Positions 24,398-36,544 of a stretch of 46,345 nt of DNA are shown here, one piece after another. Both the position numbers and the translations under genes were made by a program. The notes under the pieces were generated by a model. It had not been told where the DNA came from, did not search any database, and saw nothing but the letters and a program-made list of their open reading frames with translations. The DNA is from Octopus sinensis (lineage: Eukaryota). The stretch spans positions 1-46,345 of the forward strand of contig NW_021834636.1 in assembly GCF_006345805.1 (NCBI RefSeq), in the 5' to 3' direction. The first letter of the stretch is position 1. The number at the start of each line of letters is the position of its first letter.

Positions 24398-24612
24398 TAG
24401 ATATATATGTTTATATTTTATTGACTAAACTGGCAAAATGACCATTCCGAAATATAACCATATTATATATATATAATATATATATATAATATATAATATA
24501 ATATATATATATATTATATAATATATATATATATGTATACATATATGGTTGTATGTATATATATAAATTATATATATATATATAAATATATATATATGTA
24601 TATATATTATTG
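24100..24612. repeat. Long compound (TA)n/(GA)n/(GATA)n microsatellite
   Basis: Direct inspection. Confidence 0.95.
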
Positions 24613-24614
24613 TA

Positions 24615-24835
24615 TACTCTTTAAACTCTTTTACATGTTTCAGTCATTTGACTGTGGCCATGCTGGAGCACAGTCTTTTGTCAAGTAAATCGACCCGAGG
24701 ACCTATTCTTTATAAACCTAGTACTTATTCTATCGGTAAGTATTCTACCGCTAAGTTATGGGGACGTAAACACATCAGCATCGGTTGTGAAACTATGTTG
24801 GGAGGACAAACACAGACACAGTAACATACACACAC

Positions 24836-24866
<31 letters not shown>

Positions 24867-25030
24867 TATATATATTCATATATACGACAGGCTTCCTTCT
24901 GTTTCCGTGACAAAGCTTTGGTCGGTCCGTAGGCTATGGTAGAAGACATTTGCCCATGGTGCCACGTAGTGGGATTGAACCTGGAACCATGTGGTTGGTA
25001 AGCGAGCTACTTCCCATACAGACACTCCTG
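24615..25030 (-). mobile_element. SINE copy
   Basis: Same blocks as 6869-7495 and 30894-31303. Confidence 0.85.
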
Positions 25031-25508
25031 TTTGTTAACCTGACAACAAGTTGAAGGTGAGCTCTGACTGGTTGTATGCAAATTAGTTCATTAGTGGGAT
25101 CCAGAACACTCGTGGGAGAAAAAAGAATTTCGTGGCTGGGTCAAATGAGACGATGCGACCACCTTGGGTATGGGTGGACTGTGCTCACACACGCACAAAC
25201 ACCCACACATATAGATACATGCAAAGACGCACACTCGTAGCTAGTTATGCTTTTAAAATGTTGACCTTAAAACCGTGACATTCTGAAGAAATTTTATGAG
25301 TGTGTGGGTCAGCCAATATGTGTGTGTGTCTGTGTGTGTGTGTGTGCTTTCATTTCTGTTTCGCTGAATTTGTGAAAGAGGGACGGAGAACTTGTTGACA
25401 TCGATGACAATTTTCGTATATTGCTTCTTCTTTTTTTAATTTTTTCAATCATTAAATTGCAGCCATGCTGGGTTACTGCCTTGCAGTGTCCGCTCAGTTA
25501 TATATATA

Positions 25509-25548
<40 letters not shown>

Positions 25549-25669
25549 AATTCGGGGTGAGTACTTGATAATATAAGCACCTGTGTATCCGTTTGGTGGT
25601 GTATATAATATATATATGTATATATATGTATATACACATTCCTTAAATATACACATTCCTTAAATCGTA

Positions 25670-25945
25670 GTCTTCGTTTCTGCTGGGGGCTCTTTCCATA
25701 AAGAAGTTTAGCATATAGCATCTGTTTAGGGATCCTCTGATCATTAATCTAAAGAAAATGTCCAGTCCATCATTATACTCTGAGCTTTTATAATTTGACA
25801 AATTCAACCTCTCTCTCTCTCTCTGGGCAACAATTTTCCTTTTGATGCTTTTAAATATGAAAATTACTTTGACAGTCATTGACCAGAACAAGATGAAGAT
25901 CTCAGTCAGTAAAGGAATTTGTCTGGGGTCTTCAAAGTTTGAAGT
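25670..25945 (-). mobile_element. Ancient RTE (BovB-like) C-terminal remnant
   Basis: WTGHFL*INDQRIPKQMLYAKL..KRRLRFK resembles the consensus RWAGHVxRMxDxRIPKQLLYGEL..KRFKD. Confidence 0.6.
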
Positions 25946-27215
25946 TACTCTTTTTAGTTTTATAAAGTCACTAAAAGTCTTATGTTTTCTCAATTTATAG
26001 AAAACTAACACTTTTATAAATGAGTTTATTGCTACGCATTAAATGTTAAACTAAATTTGCTCCAGCTGGTCTATATAAACAGTAACCTATAGCTTTGAAC
26101 AGCTTTATTATCTTGTTGTGTATTTACATGGCATATAATGTGTGAATAGAATTTCTCCCCCAGTTATCCAAGCAAAAAATAAGAAACTTATGTTATCAAT
26201 TTATGTAGAAGAATTTTGTACAAAGTTTGATACAAAATAATTTTGTTGTGTCTGGGGAGAGTCATTCTCTTTTAGTGCCTTATTATTTAACACACTCACC
26301 GGTAAAATTTCGTTTTGCTTTAATAGTAATTATCAATTTCTGAATAAAGTTTCTTTTTATCTAATTTAAATATCTTGATTATTTAATTTGAAAACAATCA
26401 GGTTTGTTCACTTCTATCACAAAAGAATCCAATAAAAAGTGGAGAATACTTATGAATCTTCCTTTCCAATTCCACAAAAGTCTGCTCGGTAGAGCTTCCT
26501 GTCACATCTTATAATGTACATAAAGGTCTCATGTGTGTTACTTATTTAATCTTGGTCTCTGCTGTAAGAATTGAAATCTAATTTCAATTAAAATAACAGT
26601 GGAGTAATATGAAGGTAAATATTGTAGGGAAGAATTGTACTCTTCCTTTATCTGAAGTTATTTAAAAAGAGGGAGACACTGTGGCTTTTCCACAATCACA
26701 TGCAATTAAAACAACAAATGTTGTGTCATTATTTTATTATCTCAGACTTTATCAGCACAGCTATTGTTTAATTATAATTGTTTTGATTTATTTTCATATG
26801 TATAATAGTGAAGTTTTATTTTTACTGACGAAAATTGCAGTCATTAGTAAATAACGAAGGTCATAAAGTAAGAATATAAAATTAAAATATTGTATATTGC
26901 ACTCAAAACCCCTGGAATTTTTATTCAACCACCGCCACTTTGGAGAGTCCTGTCTTAAACCACAACAGGACAAAGTGAGATATATCCTTAGATACATCAT
27001 GTATTATATAGAAATACTATCTCTATAGATATATATAGGGAAAAGACATCAATATATATATATACCAGGCATTCTACTCTCAGCTAAAAATGAAGGTAAT
27101 AACTATCAATATAGCAGAAGATATTAAAGCTGTCTATATAACAATGGGTTGTTTAGGGAGGGGATTAGATATACAACAACAGCAACAACAATAAATGAAC
27201 ATTTCAAAGTTTGTC

Positions 27216-27221
27216 TTTATT
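27216..27221 (-). promoter_or_regulatory. Candidate polyadenylation signal of the MIB-like gene
   Basis: AATAAA on the minus strand about 240 nt after the stop. The motif is common in AT-rich DNA, so support is weak. Confidence 0.25.
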
Positions 27222-27460
27222 TTAAATGTGAATTTTAAAAAGGAGCCAAACAGTGAATGGATCACTATGTGGCTGATATACCTGCTAGAATTAGCAGCTA
27301 AATTCACACGATATCACTGTACAGAAGGGCATATTGGACAATGTGGTTGTGGGTTCTCTTTGGAAATAGGTATGATGGTCTTGGCTGGCATGCGTTTGAT
27401 CATAAGTCTCTGTTTGGTCGAGGTTAATCTGAGGCTAAACAACAACAGTTACACAGAAAT

Positions 27461-27660
27461 TCACTTTGCGTCTAATGACAGACATTCCATCGCAGCGACA
27501 CATTCAGCTTCTTCAAGAGCTGCACTTAATGTTGCGTGTGTCCGTGTTTCTGGGTCGCAATTTTTGAACCATTCCTTAAGCATCAGGTAGCCTTGTTTTA
27601 CAGTGACATTAGACTCATCATCAATTTTCAGTTTAGTTGTATCAACTCCTAAAAAAATCG
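27461..27660 (-). CDS. Terminal coding exon: remainder of death domain and stop
   Basis: ttgtgtcttttgcag|CG (phase 1). (A)IFLGVDTTKLKIDDESNVTVKQGYLMLKEWFKNCDPETRTHATLSAALEEAECVAAMECLSLDAK*, with death-domain hallmarks Q-x3-ML-x2-W and L-x2-AL. TGA at 27463-27461. Confidence 0.85.
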
Positions 27661-28009
27661 CTGCAAAAGACACAACAATAAGAAATAAATGCAACAACAT
27701 CAACAATATTAACAATAATATAAAAGATGTGTGTTGTTATAAACATAACAAAGAAACTATTTCAAGAGAGAAATATAAAAAAATAGCTAAGAAACAAGAA
27801 AAATATAAGACATTGTTTTCTATTTCTAGGGATGATGAGAAAAATAACAAAGTGGTTAATTAATGGAGATTTTTTAAAAATTAGTTAAAGTTTACACTTG
27901 AGAATCTTTTAAGGTAACCGATGGCAGATGTGTTTGTGAAGGCAAAAGTGTATGAGAACCTAAAGAATCAACATAGGGTACCAACAGGCAAACCATTTGA
28001 TCCATTCAT

Positions 28010-28680
28010 TTCCTCTGCTCAGTATTTCTGGGAGAGTTGTGGGGATAGGGTCCCCAGGCATTTCTTCCATAGGGGCCTATCAGATGTAACCATCATTACA
28101 TATTTTGGTTGGATTCCCAAGCATCAACAACTAAGTCTATGGATATCATCCAACTATTTAGTGCTTGGTCTACCCCTGGGTCTCCTACTCCATTGGTTTT
28201 GACTTTGAGAACCTGTCTTGTAATTCAATCCTGCGACATTCTGATCACATGTCCTAGGTACCAGAGATGTGAAGAAGTGGCTCAACCTGGAGAGACTCCC
28301 AGATCTCTGAACTATACATCCTATTGGGTAACATTACTCCAGAGACCCTTCAGAGAAATCCCATATATCTGTCTTAATCTGGCAGATTTCAGATCTGATA
28401 TTCAAAGGGTCATGAAAGTAATGTCTCTCTGTGAAATCAATCACCTTGCAAAGTTCCCAAAATGACACTGAAAATCAAATGAATAATGATAGACCAACAG
28501 TCGATTATTCTAAGTCAAATCCAATCCTTTTTGAATCTACTCCAGATTCAATCAATTCTCCTGAACCCATTCAGTTATTCTTATGTCTCAGTGAGAGAGA
28601 GACCAGCCATGGTCTGGCTTCACTTGTGAATATATTTTCTGTCAAATTTCCTTAAATTCATTCTCTCTTTTTGGATGTGG
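28010..28680 (-). mobile_element. Degraded RTE (Expander/Rex3-like) 3' fragment in the last intron
   Basis: WYLGHVIRMSQD*ITRQVL..RPRGRPSTK*LDDIHRL..LGIQP..DRPLWKKCLGTLSPQ across stops. Confidence 0.65.
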
Positions 28681-28792
28681 GATATGATATGATTTGGCTG
28701 TGTCACCCCTATACTAAGTCTGTTTTTACTGAAGCATTTACAAACATATGTCATGTGGTAAAGTCATTTCAATATGGCAATATAAAAGAGAG

Positions 28793-29130
28793 AATACCAA
28801 ACTAATTCCCTATGGATACCGTATTTATTACAACGAGTGGCTTGTAAACGTATCTAACGAGCGAAAGTTAGATACGTTTACAAGCCACTCGTTGTAATAA
28901 ATATTGTATCCATAGGGAATGAGTTTGGTATTTTATTTATTACACACGAATAAACGACCATATTTTATTAACCCAATAACTAAATTCTTCACGTTTAGTT
29001 GTTACTTATGAATGACAAAAGTAGTGCCGTCACCGGGACCTCGGGTCATCACCATGAATTGACCAATCAGAAGCAGCGCTGTCACCGTTACCTCGGGTCA
29101 TCACCATGGATTGACCAATCAGAAGCAGCG
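28793..29130. mobile_element. Palindromic non-autonomous DNA element: 66-bp-arm hairpin plus a 2 x 52-bp direct repeat
   Basis: 28793-28858 pairs with 28867-28932 (37 bp perfect core, 8-nt loop GAGCGAAA); GTCACC...ACCAATCAGAAGCAGCGCT is duplicated at about 29026-29130. Confidence 0.6.
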
Positions 29131-29575
29131 CTCGTAGTATCTGACATATGTTAGATACCAAAAATATCTCAAAGTGTTCTCAATCACATGTGTGTAATAA
29201 TTGCAATTATCACTTTCAAACACAATAACCCAATCCCTAATGGCTTCAAGAAGACCCTAACTCATGGTCTTTTGATGGAGTAAAGACGAACCAAAAACGT
29301 TGTCAATAAACTCAGCTGTTTACCCTCAACATATTTTTCTTCTTTCTTCCTATATTAAATGCTACTTGTATTTTCTTGTGTACCACACACCAACACCAAC
29401 CTCAGTGGATACTTTATGAAATACCAGTAATATCATTAATAGAATTTATTTTGCAGCTAACCATTCCACTGGAAATTAGGAATGTAACCTGTTCTCTTTC
29501 ATCCTGACAAATGAAATAGCCCAGGTGAATGTAAAATTTATATAAATCAATTAGGTAGTGTAATTTTATACTCAC

Positions 29576-29647
29576 CTACTTGCCACCAATCTCTTCCTAA
29601 CCTCTTAGCCACTCTCAGAAGATCCTTCTCCTTCAGCTGTGGACTCC
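29576..29647 (-). CDS. 72-nt exon: N-terminal part of death domain
   Basis: atatttatttcag|GGAGTCCACAG...CAAGTAG|gtgagt; (G)SPQLKEKDLLRVAKRLGRDWWQV fits the death-domain L-x2-[IV]A-x2-LG-x-DW pattern; phase 1-1. Confidence 0.8.
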
Positions 29648-30239
29648 CTGAAATAAATATTTCCAAATTTTATAATTTATACTAAATTTCTTAATCTTTA
29701 TTCTTGAGGCATGCTTATCATCAATGGTCAACTGGTGACCACTGTGATTTTGGTCAACCTTTTTAATCTATGTAATAGCTCAATATTTTGGTCCACAACA
29801 AAATAGATTAAACTTCTTAAACTTCGTCTCTCTATCAAGACATCCTACATAATCTATCAATGTTGCATTTGTCACATTTAATTATCATTTGATAAGACTA
29901 TTTTTCTCACAGTTCTCTATTTCCCTTCTTATATCTGTACCAAACCTGTGACATGACTTCACTCACCAACATTTTTCTCATCTTCTGCTTAATTCTAATG
30001 TCAACCAAGGTGGTTTCCAAAGACCTAACCACAAATACACGGCAGACAAATTCATGTAGGATAAACATACACCTGACATCTTTGTTAAGGGTTGATGTTG
30101 GTAATCTTGAATCGTAACTCCGCACATCCCAGGTCACAAGAACATCATCTGATTCAGGAAATATTTTAAGACTCCTTAATAAAGAAGTTCTTTAAAACCC
30201 TTTATTCCCCAAAAGTTTTCGCTTATCTATTGCTCATAA

Positions 30240-32260
30240 GATGTCTTCTTTTTGTGCTATTATCTCGATGCCTCTACTCTTGTGGGACAATGAGGTAGTG
30301 TACCATCACCCTAAACAGTTTCTCTTTAACCTTTGACATGCTTTCTTCTGCTACTTTGAATTTCACTTATTTCTGCTGAGCTTTGGCCAATGACGGCAAC
30401 ATTTATTTGCCTTCAACCCTATTCTTGACCAACTAATTAATTAATACAGTCTATTCAGAACTATTTGCATATCCTTTTGCTCTGTTTGTGTTGTTATGCC
30501 ATCCATTAATGTCGTCTTAGGGGACTTCACTCGAGTTATTTCTTCTGATCAATCTGCTGATCTAATAAACATTTCCATAACAAGTACACAAAATGACTGA
30601 TATTGTGCAACCCACGGCAATTCCAGTCTCAAGACGATGCGAGTCTGTTGTGAAATGTTCTGTCCTGAAGCGCATTTTGAAATCATTACAGCAACTCTTC
30701 ATTAGATTCTCAATCTTTTCTCGTATATAAAAGACGTCCGTTGTTTTCAGCAACAATTCGTGTAGTACAGAACGATATGCATTAACCTGATCAAGCCATA
30801 CAACATTCAAATCGCTTTTGTTCTTCTTTGTATCTTGTATCGCATCCCAGATTCAAAATGCAAGTTCCACACATTCAGGGATTCCTGCCTTCTCTCTTTT
30901 ACTCTTTACTCTTTTATTTGTTTCAGTGAGCTGACTGTGGCCATGCTGGAGCACCGCTTTTAGTCGAGCATATCAACCCCAGGACTTATTCTTTGTAAGC
31001 CTGGTACTTATTCTATTGGTCTCTTTTCTCGAACAAATAAGTTACGGGGACGTACACAAACCAGCATCGGTTGTCAAGTGATGCTGGGGGAACAAACACA
31101 GACACACAAACATATACACATACATACATATGTATATATATGCGACGGGTTTATTTCAGTTTCCGTCTACCAAATCCACTCACAAGGCCTTGGTCGGCCC
31201 GAGGCTATAGTAGAAGACACTTGCCCAAGGTGCCACGCAGTGGGACATTAACCCGGAACCATGTGGTTTGTAAGCAAGCTACTTACCACACAGCCACTCG
31301 GACGCCTTCTGGATACTTTCCGTCCCATAACCATTATTTTGGAGATATGTAGTTGATCTCTTAGCAAGTACACCCATGTAAATCTTGCCATCTTCATTCA
31401 CGGTTGGAATTGTTCTGAACTGGTCGGTCGATTTTCCTTTAGCTCCCTTTGATAAGTAAACTCCTTTTACCTTGCATCAGCCATCCAGTTCACCTTTATA
31501 TCACAACTTTCAAAGTAGTAGGTAATACTTATAACACAATTGGGTATAATGCTTGTACACTTTCCATGGTACACCATCCCCTCCTGGGGCACTCTTTGCT
31601 CTTGTCCTCTTCCCTCAGCTATATACTTGCTTCTTACTGAAATCCCCAAGCTGAAATATTTGATTGCTGGTTTCCTTGGTAATTTCAAACTGTCCATGAG
31701 TGGGAATGTTTGATTTCACTTTGTGTCAGTGTAGGACGCCCGTGTCAACCCGTCTCTTTGCATCTTTATTGCATTTTAGCTTTCCACTCTTAGTATCTGC
31801 AAACTGTTTATGAGTAACCTCATATGGGTTCTTAGCAAGCTGCTCTCCATACCCTTTACTATCCTTTCCTGTTTCAACATGTCTCATATTTCTTTGAATA
31901 AGTTGAAAAGGAACGTTTAAGTTTTTTGAGGACATGACAATCTTTCTAGAACATGTGCCACAATAAAATGCACCCAGGACCCTTTATAAAGAGGTCGATG
32001 TTAAGAAGGGCATACCACCATAGAAAGGCTGAAATATTTTAGTGAGATGTGCTCCTCAACAAATGAAGTTGGGCAGTAATTCTCAATAAGAACTGACTTG
32101 GACAGTGACCACCCATGGGAATATGGAAATCATAAATGATGAAGGTCATATCATTGCATTGTATCTTCAAGCGAGAAAGAGAAACAAGGGTTGTTTCATC
32201 AAGAAAGCAAAGTCTTCTGCTTGGATAAAGACAATGTTTAGGTGGATGCAATGATAGATT
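30240..32260 (-). mobile_element. Decayed Hero-like (R2 superfamily) non-LTR RT fragment split by a SINE
   Basis: In order: KNPYEVTHK..SGKLKC, RAKSAPGGDGVPWKVYK, GVYLSK..QFRTIPTVNEDGKIYMGVLAKR..YLQNNGY..SIQKA, (SINE), KAGIPECVE..DLNVVWLDQVNAYRSVLH, LETGIAVGCTISVIL, MDGIT, LISWSRIGLKANK. Confidence 0.8.
30894..31303 (-). mobile_element. Full-length SINE with 7-bp target-site duplication
   Basis: GCCTTCT at 30887-30893 and 31304-31310; removing the insert restores the Hero IQKAG reading; (AGAGTAA)n-like tail. Confidence 0.9.
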
Positions 32261-32661
32261 TAGTATCAGTGAAAAACGACAGGGTGTTCACACTTGGAAG
32301 ATATTTCATAGTAATTCTGCCACATTATGAAAAGCATCTACCTAAACAACCACAATAATAAACAGGAAAAATCATAATTTCCTCACTTGTTTACACTTAA
32401 ACTACATCACTAGTTTCCTGTGGAAATGATAAAATTAACTCTGTTGTGCCTTTTTAATCCATTATTACCAACTGTGCTTACCTCGATGGATATTTCATGA
32501 CCTTTCAGTAATATCCATATCTTTAATACAATTATTTTGCAGGTAATCTTTCAATTTGAAAGTAAGAATATAACCTGTTTTCAGTTATTCTTTCAAGCAC
32601 AATATGCCCAGGGTAAGTAAACTTTATAGAAATCAATTGGGAACTGTTATTTTATACTCAC

Positions 32662-32733
32662 CACCTTGCTTGGATGTAGCCCCTAATAACTGTGCATCTG
32701 ATTGAACTCCTTTGTCCTCAAACTTTGGAGACA
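32662..32733 (-). CDS. 72-nt symmetric (1-1) linker exon, diverged copy of death-domain exon 1
   Basis: atctctttcag|TGTCTCCAAAG...CAAGGTG|gtgagtataaaat; open frame (V)SPKFEDKGVQSDAQLLGATSKQG aligns gap-free with SPQLKEKDLLRVAKRLGRDWWQV. Confidence 0.6.
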
Positions 32734-32754
32734 CTGAAAGAGATATTTCAAGGT

Positions 32755-32954
32755 AAAGTATACTAGCCATCTCAATATGGCTAACCACTAAGGGTGGCTG
32801 TTACTGTAGCTTGTAGCCCCAGGAGATCATCGTCTCCAGCTGGATTTAGGCACACTTTCTGTGCCCTTATGATATTTGCAAAGGGAGGTCATCCCTCTCT
32901 CGTCAACCTAAGTGATACGCACGGACTGCAGTTTCTAGGTATTTGCCTGTCTTC
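32755..32954 (-). mobile_element. 200-bp 5'-truncated retroposon 3' end with 13-bp TSD
   Basis: GATATTTCAAGGT at 32742-32754 and 32955-32967; terminal hairpin TAGCCAT-ctcaat-ATGGCTA at 32764-32783. Confidence 0.75.
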
Positions 32955-34314
32955 GATATTTCAAGGTTTTACATTTAATCGTATTTCTTTAGTATAAATA
33001 AACTATATTCTTTTATTGTTAGACATTTCTATCTCCAATGGTCAACTGGTGACACTCTGGGTTTGGTCAAGATTTTTATACTCTCTACAGTGACCCCATG
33101 TAATAACTCAGTATTTACGTCCACAACGAAATTGACTGACCGTCCTAAATCTCCACCATCTATTAAGACATCATACATAATCTAACAATGTTACCGTATT
33201 TCATTTAATTATCACTTGATAAAACTGTTTCCCCTTAGTTCTGTCTTTCTTTTCTTCTATCTGTGTCCAATCTATGACATATCATTGTTGTCTCACTTCT
33301 AGATTTCACTAACCAACATTCGTCTTATCTTCTGCTTAATTGTAAAGTCAGGGAAGTTGGTCATCAAAGATCTAACCACAGACACAACAGACAACTTCAA
33401 GTAGGATAAACATACAACTCCTCTCTTTGTTAAACGTTGCTGCTGGTAATCATTAATTTTAACTGCCTGCATCACAGTTTAACGGGATGTCAAGTGAAAT
33501 ATTTGAAAACACCCTAAAAAGTTCTTTTTTTAAATGGTGAGCAATGAATAGTTTTACACAGGTGGAACGGAAGGTGATATCAGGTGTTCTAAAAGACATC
33601 ACCTCATTAACAACTTATAAGAAACTGTTCATCCATATATTATTACAGTGAAAATAACTGAAATGATATACCTGAACAGGTTTTCAAGGAAATAGGGTAT
33701 CTCTGTTGACCCTATTTTATACAGCAGTCAAAGTTTACCCACTCATTTAATGTTTCCTCTATGACTGTGGTGGACATCCATGGTTTGAAAACCCAGTCAC
33801 AAGTAAATTTGAGAACACAAAAGTTACACCATTAAATGACAGAGACTGTCTTTCAGATGCCAATATAAAAAGAACATTACGAGGAACATGTAACTCTACT
33901 TACATCCCACACCATCAACACTACTATGTCATTTGTCCCTTATGCTAATTAAGATTAACTAATTAAAAAAGGTCATTATCATGCTTTATGAAATAGATTT
34001 AATTAGTGTCGCATATATAAAGAAATATGTTTCACAACATACTGTTTGATACGGAATGAAAGCAGAACAATAACATCTGAACTTTACTGGACGTTGGATG
34101 TCAATAATCCCAAATTGTAGGGATATGGTCCAATACCCAAGAAAACAATAGAAATCCATAGAGGGTAGCACAATGTAAAATCTTAGATGAGGGCAGAAGA
34201 TGATGCTATGACAAAATAAGGTTACATTTCAGAGATAAAAGCATTGAGTACTGGTGTGGACGTAATCACCTTACCCACTGCCCCAAACTGGCCGGCATTA
34301 AGCTAACGTTTCAA

Positions 34315-34560
34315 ATCAGTTTTCTTATACATATTAAAGCGGGGAACTGGCAGAATCGTTAGCACATTGCCCCAAATGCTTAGAGGCATTTCTTGCGGTT
34401 TAATGTTCTGAGTTCGAATTCTGCCTTGGTTGACTTTGCTTTCATCCTTTAAGGGCGGATAAAATAAGCAGCAGTTGAGCACTGGGGGTGATTAAATTGA
34501 AATACCCCCTACATCGAGCTCTCTGGCCTTGTGTCAAAACTTTAAAATCAATATTCTTAT
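34315..34560 (+). mobile_element. Diverged SINE
   Basis: GCGGGGAACTGGCAGAATCGTTAGCAC...GAGTTCGAATTCTGCC..GACTTTGCTTTCATCC..GATAAAATAAG; related to 2500-2590. Confidence 0.6.
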
Positions 34561-34899
34561 ACCGAGTTTATAATATATTTTTTGTTGTTTTATGACCCCA
34601 ATATGTATTCAAATCAGAGATGTTCTTGGTAGATACCCCAGTGAGAAGCAACATGTTACGACAAATATCTCACTAGGCAACAACAACAACAACAATAACC
34701 TATCGGGAAACAGGGCCCAGGACTTGGGAGAGAAATAGATAAAAACTTTCTCATCAACTCACCTGTTTACACACCATCAACAACATACTTTCCTCCCCTG
34801 TTCCAAAAGACAATATCAACTCTGTTGTGTCTTCTAATAAATCCATTTTACCAATCATGTTACCCTTGATTTTATGAAACTTCAGTAATATCTTTACTA

Positions 34900-35305
34900 T
34901 TTTACTCTTTTACTTGTTTCAGTCATTTGATCATTGCCATGCTGGAGCACCGCCTTTAGTCAAGCAAATCGACCCCAGGACTTATTCGTTGAAAGCCTAG
35001 TACTTAATCTGTCGGTCTCTTTTGCCGAACCGCTACGTTATGGGGACATAAACATACCAGCATCGGTTGTCAAGTGATGCTGGAGTGACAAACATAGGCA
35101 CACAAACATATATACACACATACATATATATATCTATATATACATATATACGATGGGCTTCTTTCAGTTTCCGTCTACCAAATCCACTCTGAAGGCTTTG
35201 GTCGGCCCGAGGCTATAGTAGAAGACAATTGTCCAAGGTGCCACGCACTGGGAATGAACCCGGAACCACGTGGTCGGTAAGCAAACTACTTACCACACAG
35301 ACACT
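34900..35305 (-). mobile_element. SINE copy
   Basis: Same family as 30894-31303. Confidence 0.85.
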
Positions 35306-35749
35306 CTTTAATAGAATTACTTTACAGTTAAACTTTCAAAAAACGCAATTTTTTACATTATTGAGAGACATTCCTTCCTTGCAATGGTCAATTGGTAACC
35401 ATTATGATTTTGGTCCACATTTTTCTAGTTTCTGTTCACCTGTTTACCCCTAAACAACAACATATCTTAGTTCTTGGTTCCAAAAGACAATATTAACTCT
35501 ATTGTGTTTTCTAATTTATCCATTTTTCCATCCAAGGCAACAAAGATTTTATGAAATTTCAGCGATATATTTCATCGACTCCTTTTGCAGCTAACATTTC
35601 AAATGGAAATTAGAGATGGGCCCTGTTCTCAGTCCTTCTGACAAACAAAACAGCTCAGGGAGTGGAGAATTTATAGGAATCAGTTAGGTACATTGATTTC
35701 TATAAATTTTTCCATCGCTTGTGTTTTATGGAAACGAATTGGTCATAGC

Positions 35750-35960
35750 AAGTGGAGGCGCACGGCTTAATGGTTAGGGTATTTGACTCATGATTGTAAG
35801 ATTGGGGTTTCGATTCCTTCACCAGGCAATACGTTGCGTTCTTGAGCAAAACACTTCCGTTCACTCAGCTGGCAAAAATAAGTAATCTTACAGCGAACTA
35901 GTGCCCTGTTCAGGGAGGAATGTATACGCTAGAGAAACCGGGAAACCAACCCTATGCCTC
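35750..35960 (+). mobile_element. tRNA-derived SINE (family of 23762-24098)
   Basis: GGAGGCGCACGGCTTAATGGTTAGGG...GGTTTCGATTCC...TTGAGCAAAACACTT. Confidence 0.7.
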
Positions 35961-36001
35961 TTATGGGATAACATAATTAGGTACAGTTATTTCATACTCA
36001 C

Positions 36002-36052
36002 CAACTGGTCCTGCCACCATCTGGACTTCCATCTTTGACGAATTTGGACCAA
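36002..36052 (-). CDS. 51-nt symmetric (1-1) linker exon, diverged copy of death-domain exon 1
   Basis: gtatttttcag|TTGGTCCAAAT...CCAGTTG|gtgagtatgaaat; open frame (V)GPNSSKMEVQMVAGPV; flanking introns homologous to those around 29576-29647. Confidence 0.55.
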
Positions 36053-36544
36053 CTGAAAAATACATTTCAAAGTGGTTTTAGTAAAATTTCTTTATCCTTT
36101 CTAATAATCGATATTTTATTATTGTGAGACATTCGTGTCATCACTGATGACAACATGCTTTTGAGAACATTTGTATGCTTTCTACAGTGGGGCCAAGTAA
36201 TGGTTCACTATTTGAGTCCACAACAGAATAGACTACACTTAACAACCCTTCTCTGTCTCTTAAGTCATCCAACAATTCTAACAATTCTGAAATTATCTCA
36301 TTTAATTATCCCCTAATAACCGATTTCTCTTAGCTTCGTTTGGGTTTTCTTATATTTGTGCCAGATCTATGACAAGACATCTCTAATCAACATTCGTCTC
36401 ATCTTCTGCTTAAATCCAGTGTCAACCAAGTTGAGCATCGAAGTCCTAGCCTCAAACACGACATACCACTTCCAGACGGATATATATCTATATCTATCTA
36501 TTTGTTTTGCAAGATTTTTGATGTGAAATGGTGTGTTGAAACAG

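Noticed and set aside
25643-26011. 122-aa ORF as a host gene
   Set aside because: It overlaps a decayed RTE remnant read in another frame and includes a GA microsatellite.
29960-30150. A second duplicated exon per block (also about 33300-33500 and 37210-37303)
   Set aside because: One copy can be read as a 78-nt phase 1-1 exon, but the paralogous blocks have stops in that frame and inconsistent donors. Treated as duplicated intron; RNA-seq could overturn this.
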